Shown: positions 18,571 to 27,694 of the stretch, one piece after another
Position numbering within the stretch: the stretch's first letter is position 1
How the letters are laid out: each line of letters opens with the position of its first letter
Assembly (NCBI GenBank): GCA_039179045.1
Contig: JBCDEZ010000001.1
Span: 2,967-66,966, forward strand
DNA: 64,000 nucleotides
Reading direction: 5' to 3'
From: Chlamydiota bacterium
Lineage (GTDB): Bacteria > Chlamydiota > Chlamydiia > Chlamydiales > SM23-39
The notes under the pieces: generated by a model
Database searches by the model: none
What the model saw: the letters and a program-made list of their open reading frames with translations, nothing else
What the model was told of the DNA's origin: nothing
Translations under genes and position numbers: made by a program

Positions 18571-19418
18571 AGCTGCCGCTCGGCGCAAAGTAGGGTGTTT
18601 TTGAGTAACATGGCCACTGTCATAGGGCCTACTCCTCCGGGAACCGGGGTGATGTATGAGGCGCGTTCTTGTACCGCTGCAAAAGAGACGTCTCCTACGA
18701 GGCGATTGTTCTTTTCATCTCGGGAGATGCCTACATCGATTACGATTGCTCCTTCTTTCACCATTTCTTTTCCGATCAGGTGCGCTACTCCTGAGGCGGC
18801 GATAAGAAGTTCCGCTCTCTTTGTGATGGTGCCAAGATTGTGAGTTTTACTGTGTGTGATAGTAACACTGGAAGGAGCGACGCCCGTTTTTGCCAAAAGC
18901 ATGGCCGCCAGTGGTTTGCCTACGATCGAGCTCCTGCCCACGATCACAGCCTCTTTTTCCGCAAAAGAGACGGGCAGTGTCTCCAAAAGAGTACAGATAC
19001 CAAGAGGAGTGCAAGGATAGATGCCTCCTGTCTGTCCTAGGAGGGTTTTTCCCATATTGAGAGGATGAAACCCATCCACATCTTTTTCAGGGGCAATTGC
19101 AGACTGCACTGCTTGTGCGCAGATGTGGGGAGGTAGAGGCATTTGGACTAAGATCGCATGCGTCTTTTTTTCCTGATTTGCGTTCTGAATTCTTTCGAGA
19201 AGGGAACATTGAGAAAGGCTCGAAGGAAGTTCGTAGACAGTCGATTGAATGCCTACGCGCGCGCAGGCAGCGCGCTTGTTTGCTACATAGGTTTTCGAAG
19301 GAGCGTGTTCGCCGATGAGGAATACGACGAGATGAGGCCTTATTCCCAATTTTTCGATACTAGATCGAAGAGAGACCTCGATCGATCTTGCGATGTTTTT
19401 TCCTGAAATCAGATGCAT
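18567..19418 (-). CDS. folD: bifunctional methylenetetrahydrofolate dehydrogenase / methenyl-THF cyclohydrolase
   Basis: FolD-like length and motifs (PSKTYV..K, ILVQMPLP, VIVGRSSIVGKP, TPVPGGVGPMTVAML). Confidence 0.92.
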   Translation of the reverse strand: MHLISGKNIARSIEVSLRSSIEKLGIRPHLVVFLIGEHAPSKTYVANKRAACARVGIQSTVYELPSSLSQCSLLERIQNANQEKKTHAILVQMPLPPHICAQAVQSAIAPEKDVDGFHPLNMGKTLLGQTGGIYPCTPLGICTLLETLPVSFAEKEAVIVGRSSIVGKPLAAMLLAKTGVAPSSVTITHSKTHNLGTITKRAELLIAASGVAHLIGKEMVKEGAIVIDVGISRDEKNNRLVGDVSFAAVQERASYITPVPGGVGPMTVAMLLKNTLLCAERQL

Positions 19419-19422
19419 GTTA

Positions 19423-20220
19423 CTAGGTCAGTATCTTCTGGAGCTCTGCGTGAATCTTTCCATTCGAGACCAAGACAGGCTGGTGCGCGTCGATGTTCAA
19501 AGGAGCGCCCTGCCAATCTGTGACTTTGCCTCCTGCCTCTTCTACGATAAGAGCTCCTGCCGCGAGATCCCAAGGCTGCAATACCACTTCAAAAAAAGCA
19601 TCGAATCTGCCATCTGCGACGTAGGCAAGATCGATGGATGCAGCTCCCAATCTCCGGATTGGAATCCCTTGCTTGAGGACTCTTGAGAACTTTTCGATGC
19701 AATGCAAAGGGTCTTCTGCTAGGTTGTAGGGAAATCCCGTCCCGACAATCGCTTCCCTAAGGGATCCTGTTTTTGTGACTTGGAGCCTTTTCCCATTAAG
19801 AAAAGCTCCTTTCCCCTTTTGTGCGGTGAAAATCTCTTGTGTGATCGGCTGGTAGATGACTCCAAGCGAGAGCTCTCCTTCATGTCTGCACCCGATCGAT
19901 ACAGCAAATACGGGAACCGTGTGCGCGAAATTGACGGTCCCGTCGAGAGGATCGATCACCCACTCGAACTCTCCTGTAGCGGAAGCAAACGAGCCTCGCT
20001 CTTCGGCTAAGAAGCGATCATGTGGAAAGGCTTTTTGTAGAGAGGATAGGATCATCTCCTCAGAGAGGTGGTCGTAATCGGTAACCAGGTTGTGACGTCC
20101 CTCTTTTTCCCGTATGGAAAAAGAAGAACCGAAGCCTGTCCGCAGCAAAGCGCCCGCTTTGAGAGCGATCTGCAAAGCGAGATAGGCTCTTTCTTGGATG
20201 GCGTCTGCAATTTGGCTCAT
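19423..20220 (-). CDS. suhB: inositol monophosphatase family protein
   Basis: IMPase motifs FLAEE, WVIDPLDGTVNF and WDLAAGALIVEEAGG. Confidence 0.88.
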   Translation of the reverse strand: MSQIADAIQERAYLALQIALKAGALLRTGFGSSFSIREKEGRHNLVTDYDHLSEEMILSSLQKAFPHDRFLAEERGSFASATGEFEWVIDPLDGTVNFAHTVPVFAVSIGCRHEGELSLGVIYQPITQEIFTAQKGKGAFLNGKRLQVTKTGSLREAIVGTGFPYNLAEDPLHCIEKFSRVLKQGIPIRRLGAASIDLAYVADGRFDAFFEVVLQPWDLAAGALIVEEAGGKVTDWQGAPLNIDAHQPVLVSNGKIHAELQKILT

Positions 20221-20339
20221 AGGCTATTCTCTTGTTTGGTGGTGAGATGGGGAAAGGCAAGTGCGCCTGGCATACACGGTTGTTGCAGAGGCTTTACTTG
20301 GAAAGTAAGGGAACTTAGTTGGGTAGTAGAGCGCATCGA

Positions 20340-20987
20340 TCACAATCCCTTACCAAGAAATACTGAGGGGAGGGTGCGGACAATTAGCCAAAGATCGAAA
20401 AGAAAGGATCTTTTTGCAACATACTCTTTTTCAAGCTTCCACCGTTCCTCCAGTCTGAGGGTATGTCTCCCCGATACTTGCCAAAGACCTGTAATTCCTG
20501 GTTTGATTGAGAGGATCTGCTCGGCTGTCGCATCTTGACACTCTTGGAGTTCAGCCTGGAGCATGGCTCTTGGTCCCACAACGCTCAGATCACCGAGGAG
20601 TACATTCCAAAACTGGGGGAGCTCATCCAACGATGTTTTGCGCAAAAATCGGCCGAAGGGGGTAACGCGCGGATCGTTCCTCAGCTTGCGAAAGGTGTTC
20701 CACTCTTTTTCTCTCTCTAAGCTTCTTTCCAAAAGCGTTGTTAAAAGATGCTCTGCATTTTCTTGCATGGTGCGAAATTTGTACATCCGAAAGGGTTTTC
20801 CTCCTTTGCCGATACGCAGCTGCGAGTAGAAAATTGGTCCAGGCGAGGTGCAGTAAATACTCCAACCAATCAGAAGAAAAAGGGGGGAGCCACCAATGAG
20901 AAGAAGCAGACTAAACAGGAGATCGAACGCGCGCCTCGCGCATTCCGCCAGGCTACTATTTCGAAGGGAGGTTGTGTCAGCCATCAA
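20340..20987 (-). CDS. small monotopic phosphoglycosyl transferase (bacterial sugar transferase, PglC/WbaP C-terminal type)
   Basis: One N-terminal hydrophobic helix, then SPGPIFYSQLRIGKGGKPFRMYKFRTM and DELPQFWNVLLGDLSVVGPR, the hallmark of the PF02397-type family. Confidence 0.88.
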   Translation of the reverse strand: MMADTTSLRNSSLAECARRAFDLLFSLLLLIGGSPLFLLIGWSIYCTSPGPIFYSQLRIGKGGKPFRMYKFRTMQENAEHLLTTLLERSLEREKEWNTFRKLRNDPRVTPFGRFLRKTSLDELPQFWNVLLGDLSVVGPRAMLQAELQECQDATAEQILSIKPGITGLWQVSGRHTLRLEERWKLEKEYVAKRSFLFDLWLIVRTLPSVFLGKGL

Positions 20988-21904
20988 AACTTCCTATCGA
21001 TCAGACTGGTTGCAAAGGTGGCCAGTGTATTTGTATCGCGATCTAAGCGATCCAAGGCGTTTAGCGACTGGTTGTACCAAACCGCAGCGCGCCGTTTTGT
21101 CTCCTTGAAGTCATAAAGAGAAAGGCTTGTTGCTTTTTGATTTCTAGAGTCAGAGCCAATGGGCTTACCTAAAAGAGCGACCTCTCCTGTTGCGTCGAGA
21201 AGATCATCTCGGATTTGGTAGGCGATTCCTAAAGAGAGTGCGAAGTGTTGGATCGAAGAACGTTCTTGGTCAGCGCTCCGCCCAACTAGGGCCCCAAAGT
21301 CTGCAGATGCCTCGAAAAGAGCTCCTGTTTTGTGCGCATGCATGAAAAGAAGGTCTTTTTCCTCAAGAGTCTGTCCCGTAAGAGCAAGGTCGCAAGATTG
21401 CCCGCCGATCATTCCCGATGCGCCCGCTTTGGCAGCAAGTACACCTGTGAGCGCCACTTTTTTCTCTGCAGAGAGGTGGGGAGCTAGGGCAAGAATTTCG
21501 AAAGCAAGGGTCAAAAAAAAGTCGCCTGTTAGGAGAGCTGTCGCCTCATCGAATGCTCTATGCACCGTGGGCATGCCTCTGCGGTAATCGTCGTTGTCCA
21601 TGCAGGGAAGATCGTCGTGGATACACGAGTAGATATGGACACACTCAAGAGCAAGGGCCGGGTCCAAAAGTACTGTCTCTTCTACCCCGAATACTTTGCC
21701 GCAAAGGAGAGTCAATAAGGGGCGTATCCGCTTTCCTCCTCCTTCCAGACAGTAAAGAGCTGCACTTTGTAGACGGTTTGTGTGAGGACTTTGAAGAAAA
21801 GCGCGCTCGGTCAGTTCAATCAAACGCTTTTGTAGGTCTGCCAATTCCAATGTATGCAAATCCCTTGCTGAGCAAATCATTTTCATTGTACTGGTTTCTT
21901 CCAT
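20984..21904 (-). CDS. polyprenyl diphosphate synthase (FPP/GGPP synthase type)
   Basis: GGKRIRP, first Asp-rich motif DDLPCMDNDDYRRG, second Asp-rich motif IRDDLLD. The start is uncertain: the longest ORF overlaps the ugd 3' end by 89 nt, and in-frame ATG and TTG codons lie further in. Confidence 0.85.
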   Translation of the reverse strand: MEETSTMKMICSARDLHTLELADLQKRLIELTERAFLQSPHTNRLQSAALYCLEGGGKRIRPLLTLLCGKVFGVEETVLLDPALALECVHIYSCIHDDLPCMDNDDYRRGMPTVHRAFDEATALLTGDFFLTLAFEILALAPHLSAEKKVALTGVLAAKAGASGMIGGQSCDLALTGQTLEEKDLLFMHAHKTGALFEASADFGALVGRSADQERSSIQHFALSLGIAYQIRDDLLDATGEVALLGKPIGSDSRNQKATSLSLYDFKETKRRAAVWYNQSLNALDRLDRDTNTLATFATSLIDRKF

Positions 21905-23144
21905 CTAGAATCAATACCGACTTTTCTCCTTGTGCGATCTTGGAAAAATCAATTGATCGGAACTGTTTCCATTCTGTGATGAGGCAGATCGCATCGGCTC
22001 CTTGTGCTGCTGTAAGAGGACTAGTACAAAAGGAGATATTTTCGAGGGTAGGCAGATGTTTGCGCATTTTCTCCATAGCAGCGGGATCAAATAGCTGCAG
22101 TTTTGCACCTCTTTTTTGTAGTTCTTGGATGATGGCAATAGAGGGGGCTTCTCGGATGTCATCCGTATCAGGTTTGAACGAGAGCCCCCAAAGAGCGATC
22201 ACCTTCCCCGCAAGCCCCCCTTGGGCAAAGTAGCGCTCGAGCAGTCTTGTCGCGCGCGTTTTTTGCTTTTCGTTGACCTGGGTAATCGCCTTCAAAAGGG
22301 GGACATCTATGTTCGCCTCTTGAGCCATATGTTGCAAAGCTTCGAGATCCTTCGGAAAGCAAGAGCCCCCATAGCCCAAACCTGGATAGAGAAAGTCGTA
22401 CCCAATCCGTGGGTCGGAGCCGATGCCGTGGCGCACGTCTTGGATATCAGCACCGAGGCACTCTGCAATCGTGGCCATCTCGTTCATGAAAGAGATGCGC
22501 GCGCTGAGCATCGCATTGGCAGCGTATTTCGTGAGCTCTGCAGAGGCAGGTGTCATGAAGAGCATCCGGTTGTGGTTGAGCATGAAAGGTGCATAGAGCC
22601 TTGAGAGCCGCTCTTTTGCAGCGGGATCCTCTGTTCCGATGATGATTCTGTCGGGTTTCATGCAGTCTTGAACCGCCGCGCCTTGTTTCAAAAACTCGGG
22701 GTTGACAGCGAAAGCAAAAGAGGACTCGGGAGGAGAGGTGCGTGCCAGAATCTGGCAGATCTTTGAGGATGTGCCTACAGGTGCGGTCGATTTATTCACC
22801 ACTAGGGTGTGTCCTAGAAGTTTTCCTCCCAACGTCTCTGCAGCGGAAAAAAGATGGGAGGTATCGCAAGCGCCCATCCTGTTTTGAGGCGTGCAGACGC
22901 AGAGAAACGCGATATCGATCTCTTCAAGTGAGGGGTAAGCAGTCGAAAAGCGCAACAGTCCCTCGGCGCTACTAGCGGCTACAATTTCTGCAAGTCCCGG
23001 CTCATAAATGGGAATCTTCCCCTGTTGCAAAAGAGCCACTTTCTCTTTTTGCTGATCGATGCAAGTTACAGAGTAGCCCATTTTTGCCAAGCAAGCGCCT
23101 GTTACTAGACCCACGTAACCACATCCGATGATGAGTATATTCAT
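21816..23144 (-). CDS. ugd: UDP-glucose 6-dehydrogenase
   Basis: Rossmann start MNILIIGCGYVGLVTG and catalytic-Cys motif GYGGSCFPKD. The start is set at ATG 23144, because the 503-aa longest ORF runs into lolD. Confidence 0.9.
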   Translation of the reverse strand: MNILIIGCGYVGLVTGACLAKMGYSVTCIDQQKEKVALLQQGKIPIYEPGLAEIVAASSAEGLLRFSTAYPSLEEIDIAFLCVCTPQNRMGACDTSHLFSAAETLGGKLLGHTLVVNKSTAPVGTSSKICQILARTSPPESSFAFAVNPEFLKQGAAVQDCMKPDRIIIGTEDPAAKERLSRLYAPFMLNHNRMLFMTPASAELTKYAANAMLSARISFMNEMATIAECLGADIQDVRHGIGSDPRIGYDFLYPGLGYGGSCFPKDLEALQHMAQEANIDVPLLKAITQVNEKQKTRATRLLERYFAQGGLAGKVIALWGLSFKPDTDDIREAPSIAIIQELQKRGAKLQLFDPAAMEKMRKHLPTLENISFCTSPLTAAQGADAICLITEWKQFRSIDFSKIAQGEKSVLILDGRNQYNENDLLSKGFAYIGIGRPTKAFD

Positions 23145-23154
23145 GAGAATTACC

Positions 23155-23802
23155 TTAGTGGAGAATGCCGCTTCGAAGCAACCGTTTTTGCTGGCAGAGG
23201 CTCGCGAGCATCTCATCGTGCGTCGCGATGACAAGGCTCTTTCGATAGCGCTTTGCTCCTTCGAAAAGTAGTTCGTGGACCTGTTCTGCATTGTCGCTAT
23301 CCAAACTTCCTGTTGGTTCGTCAGCAAATAGGAGGGGAGGAGAGTTCAAAAGAGCTCTTCCGATGGCAACTCGTTGCTTTTCTCCTCCAGAAAGGATACG
23401 CGCTTTTTCTTTTTTTTTGTCTTGCAGACCGAGAAAAGCTAGGAGCTCGTCCGCCCTTTTCAACGCCTCTTTATGGGGCATCATCTGGGCAATAAAATGG
23501 GGCATCAATAGATTATCGAGTACAGAAAATTCGTCTAGTAGCTGGCGCGCTTGGAATACAAATCCGATCCATTTCCTCCGGATCGATAGAGGGTCTTTAG
23601 CAACGTCTATTCCGTTGATGGTGAGAGAGCCGCTCTCAAAGCTTTCGTATCCTGCAAGGACGTGGAGTAAGGTAGTTTTTCCCTCTCCAGAGCGCCCTTG
23701 GATTGCCAAGGATTCTCCCTGGTTTAGCGAAAGAGATACGTTTCGTAAGATCTGAGACTTTCCAAAAGATTTACAAAGTTTGTTTGCCAGGAGAAGAGTC
23801 AT
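23155..23802 (-). CDS. lolD: lipoprotein-releasing ABC transporter ATP-binding protein
   Basis: Walker A GRSGEGKTT, signature LSGGEKQRVAIGRAL, Walker B LLFADEPTGSLD. Overlaps the upstream permease gene by 4 nt. Confidence 0.85.
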   Translation of the reverse strand: MTLLLANKLCKSFGKSQILRNVSLSLNQGESLAIQGRSGEGKTTLLHVLAGYESFESGSLTINGIDVAKDPLSIRRKWIGFVFQARQLLDEFSVLDNLLMPHFIAQMMPHKEALKRADELLAFLGLQDKKKEKARILSGGEKQRVAIGRALLNSPPLLFADEPTGSLDSDNAEQVHELLFEGAKRYRKSLVIATHDEMLASLCQQKRLLRSGILH

Positions 23803-25682
23803 GAACGTAGGGTTTTTGTGAGGTTGATCTTGCTAGCGGTATACGCAGGAATCAATCCTGCGATCAGGGAGCAAATGGGAGTGGTGATGAGCACAAACCA
23901 AAGCGCTTGGTAACTCAAAGCGTTTGGAAGAGACGTCCCAAAAAAGGCTTCTTGAAAAGCGGCATGCCCCTGCATCCAGCTCAAAAAAGCGACAAGCTGG
24001 GAGAGGTGTTCCAAAGTCCATACCGCAAGAAGGCTACCTAGCAAGCTGCCCACCATTCCAAGAAGCAAGCCGATGCTTCCAAAAATCACCAAGATACTTT
24101 TTGCAGAGGCTCCTAAAGAGACCAAAATGGCAATTTCCCTTCTTTTTTCTTTTACTAAGACGACCAACATGGAAACGATGTTGGAGCAGGCTACAAAGAT
24201 CATGATCAGAGCAACGAGAAGAAAAAGGGTCCGATCGCTTTGGAATTGCGCCATCAATTCCTGTGCAAAGGGATAATCGCGGAAGGTTTCTAACCGGAAG
24301 TAGATTCCAAGACCTTCTTTTTCCAAAGAGGACTCCAAGTGGCGTTTCACCGGTTCGATTTCCCGAAACGTAGGCCAGAGAAAGATCCCATTTTGGGTTT
24401 CTTGATCTAGGCAAACGCTCCTTGAGGTATCAAGGAGCGTTTGCGTGATCTCTCGACTCGTATAAATGCACCGGTTGCCTGTTGGGATCATGCCTGGATC
24501 GTAGAATCCAGCGACTCGGAATCCGATCTGCATCTCCTGGGTTGCGCTAAGAGCAGAGGCCAAAAAAGCGAAGTGCCCCCGATCGCCGAGGCGCGCTCCT
24601 GCTTTTTGGTAGTTTTTGGGTAGCAGAACCGCTTGCTCGCTTCCTTCGGGAAGGTGCCATTGATTGCCCACCGCATAGGCCCAAAGTGGTGGGATGCTTG
24701 GAGGGGTGGAAAAGTGGGTTGTAGCCTGCAAATCGGGAGAAAGCAAATGAGAGAGGGGAACGGATGTGGTGAGTGTTTTTCCACAGAAAGTCCCCTCCAA
24801 GTTGCAAAAAACATTCTCTTTACCAGCCTCTTCTGCAGCAAAACAAGAGCCGCTTTGTGCTCGCCACCCAGTAGTAGGAAGGTAGACAGATCTTTCTTGT
24901 TCCAGAGGGTAGCTCTGATCGCCTACCAGAAGGAAAGCCTGTTCTTGAGAAAGGGATAAAACGGCAGTATGCTCCCCTTTTTCTGGGACTAAGAAAAGGT
25001 TCCCTTCCTCTTCACAGCAAAAAAATGTGCCCAAAGGGAGATCTTGTATTGAGGTGAGGGGGCGCACTCTCAAAGAGGCGCTTTCAAGAGAGATATGGGA
25101 CCAAAAACGGCGATGCTCTTCTTGCGTTTGCAATCTTGTTTGAAGGTGCAATAAGTCGCTAGATGAGGGGGTAAGCAGCAACTGGGGTAATTGCGGATTT
25201 TCCTTTGCAAACGAGAGAAGGTACGCCATTTGAGAAAGGCGCATTTTCTTTCCGCCCGATTCGAGCGTCAAGGACATCAAAGAGGGGGCGCATTCGTATT
25301 CCTCGTAGGGAAAGGGTACCTGGTTTTGTGCCTCTTGCAAAGAGCGGTCTAAAGCCTTTGCTAGGTTTCGTTCTCCTCCATGCTCCCATTGCCCGGTTGC
25401 GCTTTGCATCTGCTCTTGGAGCGTGGTGAACCCAAAGGAGTAGGGCTCTTTTGCGGCCATTTCTTGATGGTAGCGCTCTTTGGGGACGATGCGCATTGGC
25501 GCGTGCACAGATGTGAGCTTTTCGAGCCACATGGTCTCAATACCCGAAGTGACAGAAAGGAAGAGCAGAGTGAGCCAAACGACGGTCGTGATCACAAATA
25601 AGGAAATAAGAGCAATCAAAGAGGTGCTAAAGTATTTTTTCGTAGGTACGAGATACCGGAGAATGATTCTCTTTTCGAACAA
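23799..25682 (-). CDS. LolC/LolE-type (FtsX-fold) ABC transporter permease with a large periplasmic domain
   Basis: N-terminal TM helix, a soluble region of about 430 aa, and a C-terminal FtsX-type three-helix bundle. Coupled to lolD. Confidence 0.8.
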   Translation of the reverse strand: MFEKRIILRYLVPTKKYFSTSLIALISLFVITTVVWLTLLFLSVTSGIETMWLEKLTSVHAPMRIVPKERYHQEMAAKEPYSFGFTTLQEQMQSATGQWEHGGERNLAKALDRSLQEAQNQVPFPYEEYECAPSLMSLTLESGGKKMRLSQMAYLLSFAKENPQLPQLLLTPSSSDLLHLQTRLQTQEEHRRFWSHISLESASLRVRPLTSIQDLPLGTFFCCEEEGNLFLVPEKGEHTAVLSLSQEQAFLLVGDQSYPLEQERSVYLPTTGWRAQSGSCFAAEEAGKENVFCNLEGTFCGKTLTTSVPLSHLLSPDLQATTHFSTPPSIPPLWAYAVGNQWHLPEGSEQAVLLPKNYQKAGARLGDRGHFAFLASALSATQEMQIGFRVAGFYDPGMIPTGNRCIYTSREITQTLLDTSRSVCLDQETQNGIFLWPTFREIEPVKRHLESSLEKEGLGIYFRLETFRDYPFAQELMAQFQSDRTLFLLVALIMIFVACSNIVSMLVVLVKEKRREIAILVSLGASAKSILVIFGSIGLLLGMVGSLLGSLLAVWTLEHLSQLVAFLSWMQGHAAFQEAFFGTSLPNALSYQALWFVLITTPICSLIAGLIPAYTASKINLTKTLRS

Positions 25683-25691
25683 ACCGACCTG

Positions 25692-25856
25692 CTATTTTGC
25701 CTCTCGGAAGACGACTTTCTTTCGCAACGTCTTGTCATATTTTTTCAGTTCGAGGCGCTCTGTAGTATTGCGTTTATTTTTTTGGGTCGAGTAGCACTCT
25801 GCGCTCTCTGTACTCTTGAGTTTGATGGTTTCTCTTGCACCTTTTTTCTTAGCCAT
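25692..25856 (-). CDS. rpmG: 50S ribosomal protein L33 (54 aa; below the ORF-track size cutoff)
   Basis: My own translation is [54 protein letters not shown], which matches the L33 signature (Y.T.KNKRNT.E.LELKKYDP..RKHV.F.E.K). Confidence 0.9.
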   Translation of the reverse strand: MAKKKGARETIKLKSTESAECYSTQKNKRNTTERLELKKYDKTLRKKVVFREAK

Positions 25857-25907
25857 AGAATGATAGTCCTTAGAATAATTGTCCCTATTTTACGAAAAAA
25901 CGCGCAA

Positions 25908-26951
25908 TCAAACAAGGAAAAAAGGGAGGCGCGAGGCAGCGGGGATATCGAGAGGATCTGCTCCCGTAGTCTGCCATTTTTCGTAGGCCGCCATTCCGAT
26001 CATGGCTGCATTGTCAGAGGATAGAGCTGGGGGAGGGAAAAAACAGGGAGAAGAGAGCTGTTCATGGCAAAGCTTTTGGAGGGTTTTGTTTTGCACCACA
26101 CCTCCTCCAAAAAGGAAAGATTGGGGGGCGTAGTGTATCTCTGCTTTTTGCATCTTTTGTATAACATCTTGAAAAAGAGCATTTTGGAAGGAAGCTGCTA
26201 AATCCGCTTTGGTCTTTTCATCGATCATTCCTGGGGGCAATCGGTACAAAAAAGCGGTTTTCGGGCCACTAAACGAGAAGGCAAGAGGGTTGCCTCGTAC
26301 TTGTCCTCCACGGAAGGGGTAGGCGTTTTTGTCACCGACAAGGGCCTGTTTCTCGATCTCTCTTCCACCAGGATAGGGGTAACCGAGAAGGTGGGCAACC
26401 TTATCAAGAGCCTCTCCAATAGCATCATCTACCGTGGAGCCGATGTGGGTGTATTGCCCCTCTTCGATGAGCACCATGGTGGTATGCCCTCCTGATAGGA
26501 TCACACCTATTGCAGGCAGAGGAGGGCTTGCAAAAAGTGTGGGATACAGGTGCGCTTCGATGTGATTGACGGCAACAAAGGGCTTTTCCAATGCGTAGGC
26601 GAGCGTTTTTCCCGCTGTAAGACAGACTAGCAAAGAATTGGTGAGACCAGGCCCTCTTGTCGCTGCGATGAGATCGAGCTGATCTAGCGTCACGTTCGCA
26701 GTAAGAAGGGCCTCTTCGATTACAGGAAGGAAGTTTTCTACGTGCTTTCTTGCGGCAACTTCGGGAAAAATGCCTCCGAAAGTGGCATGTATCTCCTCTT
26801 GCGAGGAGATGATATTGGATAAGATGCGCGCTTTTCTTCTTCTCTTTTTACCAGTTTCTGGAGCGTTCTTATTGCTACTAGGCTCCGATTTGCATGCAAC
26901 AACCGCCGCGCATGTGTCGTCACAGCTCGACTCCAATCCTAAAATGAGCAT
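25908..26951 (-). CDS. tsaD: tRNA N6-adenosine threonylcarbamoyltransferase TsaD
   Basis: ILGLESSCDDT, GGIFPEVAARKH, VNHIEAH and ILSGGHT motifs. It carries a basic insertion of about 20 aa (KSEPSSNKNAPETGKKRRRKA) after the first strand. Confidence 0.9.
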   Translation of the reverse strand: MLILGLESSCDDTCAAVVACKSEPSSNKNAPETGKKRRRKARILSNIISSQEEIHATFGGIFPEVAARKHVENFLPVIEEALLTANVTLDQLDLIAATRGPGLTNSLLVCLTAGKTLAYALEKPFVAVNHIEAHLYPTLFASPPLPAIGVILSGGHTTMVLIEEGQYTHIGSTVDDAIGEALDKVAHLLGYPYPGGREIEKQALVGDKNAYPFRGGQVRGNPLAFSFSGPKTAFLYRLPPGMIDEKTKADLAASFQNALFQDVIQKMQKAEIHYAPQSFLFGGGVVQNKTLQKLCHEQLSSPCFFPPPALSSDNAAMIGMAAYEKWQTTGADPLDIPAASRLPFFLV

Positions 26952-26956
26952 GTCTT

Positions 26957-27694
26957 TTAGAGTAGCATGGCTGCGTTGTTATCGACAATCCAAAGAGCCT
27001 TTTTTTCCGAGGAGCCGATTTGGCTAGCGGGAAGAGCGATGCTAGGATTTTCCAGGATTTTTGATACGATAGGTGCTTTCTTTTTGCCGAGAGCGAGGAA
27101 TACGGCGCGCTGGCTTTTTGCGATGCAGGGAAAGGTGAGCGTCATGCGCCACATTTTTTTCGCAGGAACAAAATGAGCTTTGACCCACTTTTCCCTCTCG
27201 CAGAGCACCTCTGTTCCGGGAAAAAGGGAGGCTGTATGCCCATCTTCTCCTACTCCAAGTAGAACAAGATCGAAGAGGGAATCGCCCAGTTTATCTCGCA
27301 AAATCGAGGTATACTCTTCCGCTTGCTGTACGGGATTTCCTCCCACATGCATGGGAAAAATGTGCTCTTTTCGTAAGGGCAAGGTGCCGAGCTCCCCTTC
27401 GATTATGGCTAGGTAGTGATTGCTTTCGGGGTGGTTCAAAGGACGCTCCCGCTCGTCTCCCCAGAAAAGAAGCAATCGATCCCAGGCAATCTTTTCGCAG
27501 TAAGGAGGGTGTGCAATGGCTCGGTAGAAACTGCGCGGCGTCGATCCTCCTGCAAGGGCTACCGAAAAAGTAGCCTTCGTTTGCAGCACACGCTCGGAGA
27601 GGTCGACAAACTTTTTACAGGCGTATTCAATCGTCTCCGCCTCATTGCCTGGCATGCAGACTATCTGTTTTGGGTACTCTTTTTTCCATGCCAT
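26957..27694 (-). CDS. pgl: 6-phosphogluconolactonase
   Basis: VALAGGSTP and LLGVGEDGHTASLFPG motifs. Lies downstream of zwf. Confidence 0.9.
   Translation of the reverse strand: MAWKKEYPKQIVCMPGNEAETIEYACKKFVDLSERVLQTKATFSVALAGGSTPRSFYRAIAHPPYCEKIAWDRLLLFWGDERERPLNHPESNHYLAIIEGELGTLPLRKEHIFPMHVGGNPVQQAEEYTSILRDKLGDSLFDLVLLGVGEDGHTASLFPGTEVLCEREKWVKAHFVPAKKMWRMTLTFPCIAKSQRAVFLALGKKKAPIVSKILENPSIALPASQIGSSEKKALWIVDNNAAMLL

Noticed and set aside
26800-26900. KKRRRK in the TsaD insertion resembles a monopartite nuclear localisation signal.
   Set aside because: TsaD is a cytoplasmic housekeeping enzyme. A short basic loop insertion is more simply a lineage-specific surface loop, and there is no secretion signal or other evidence.
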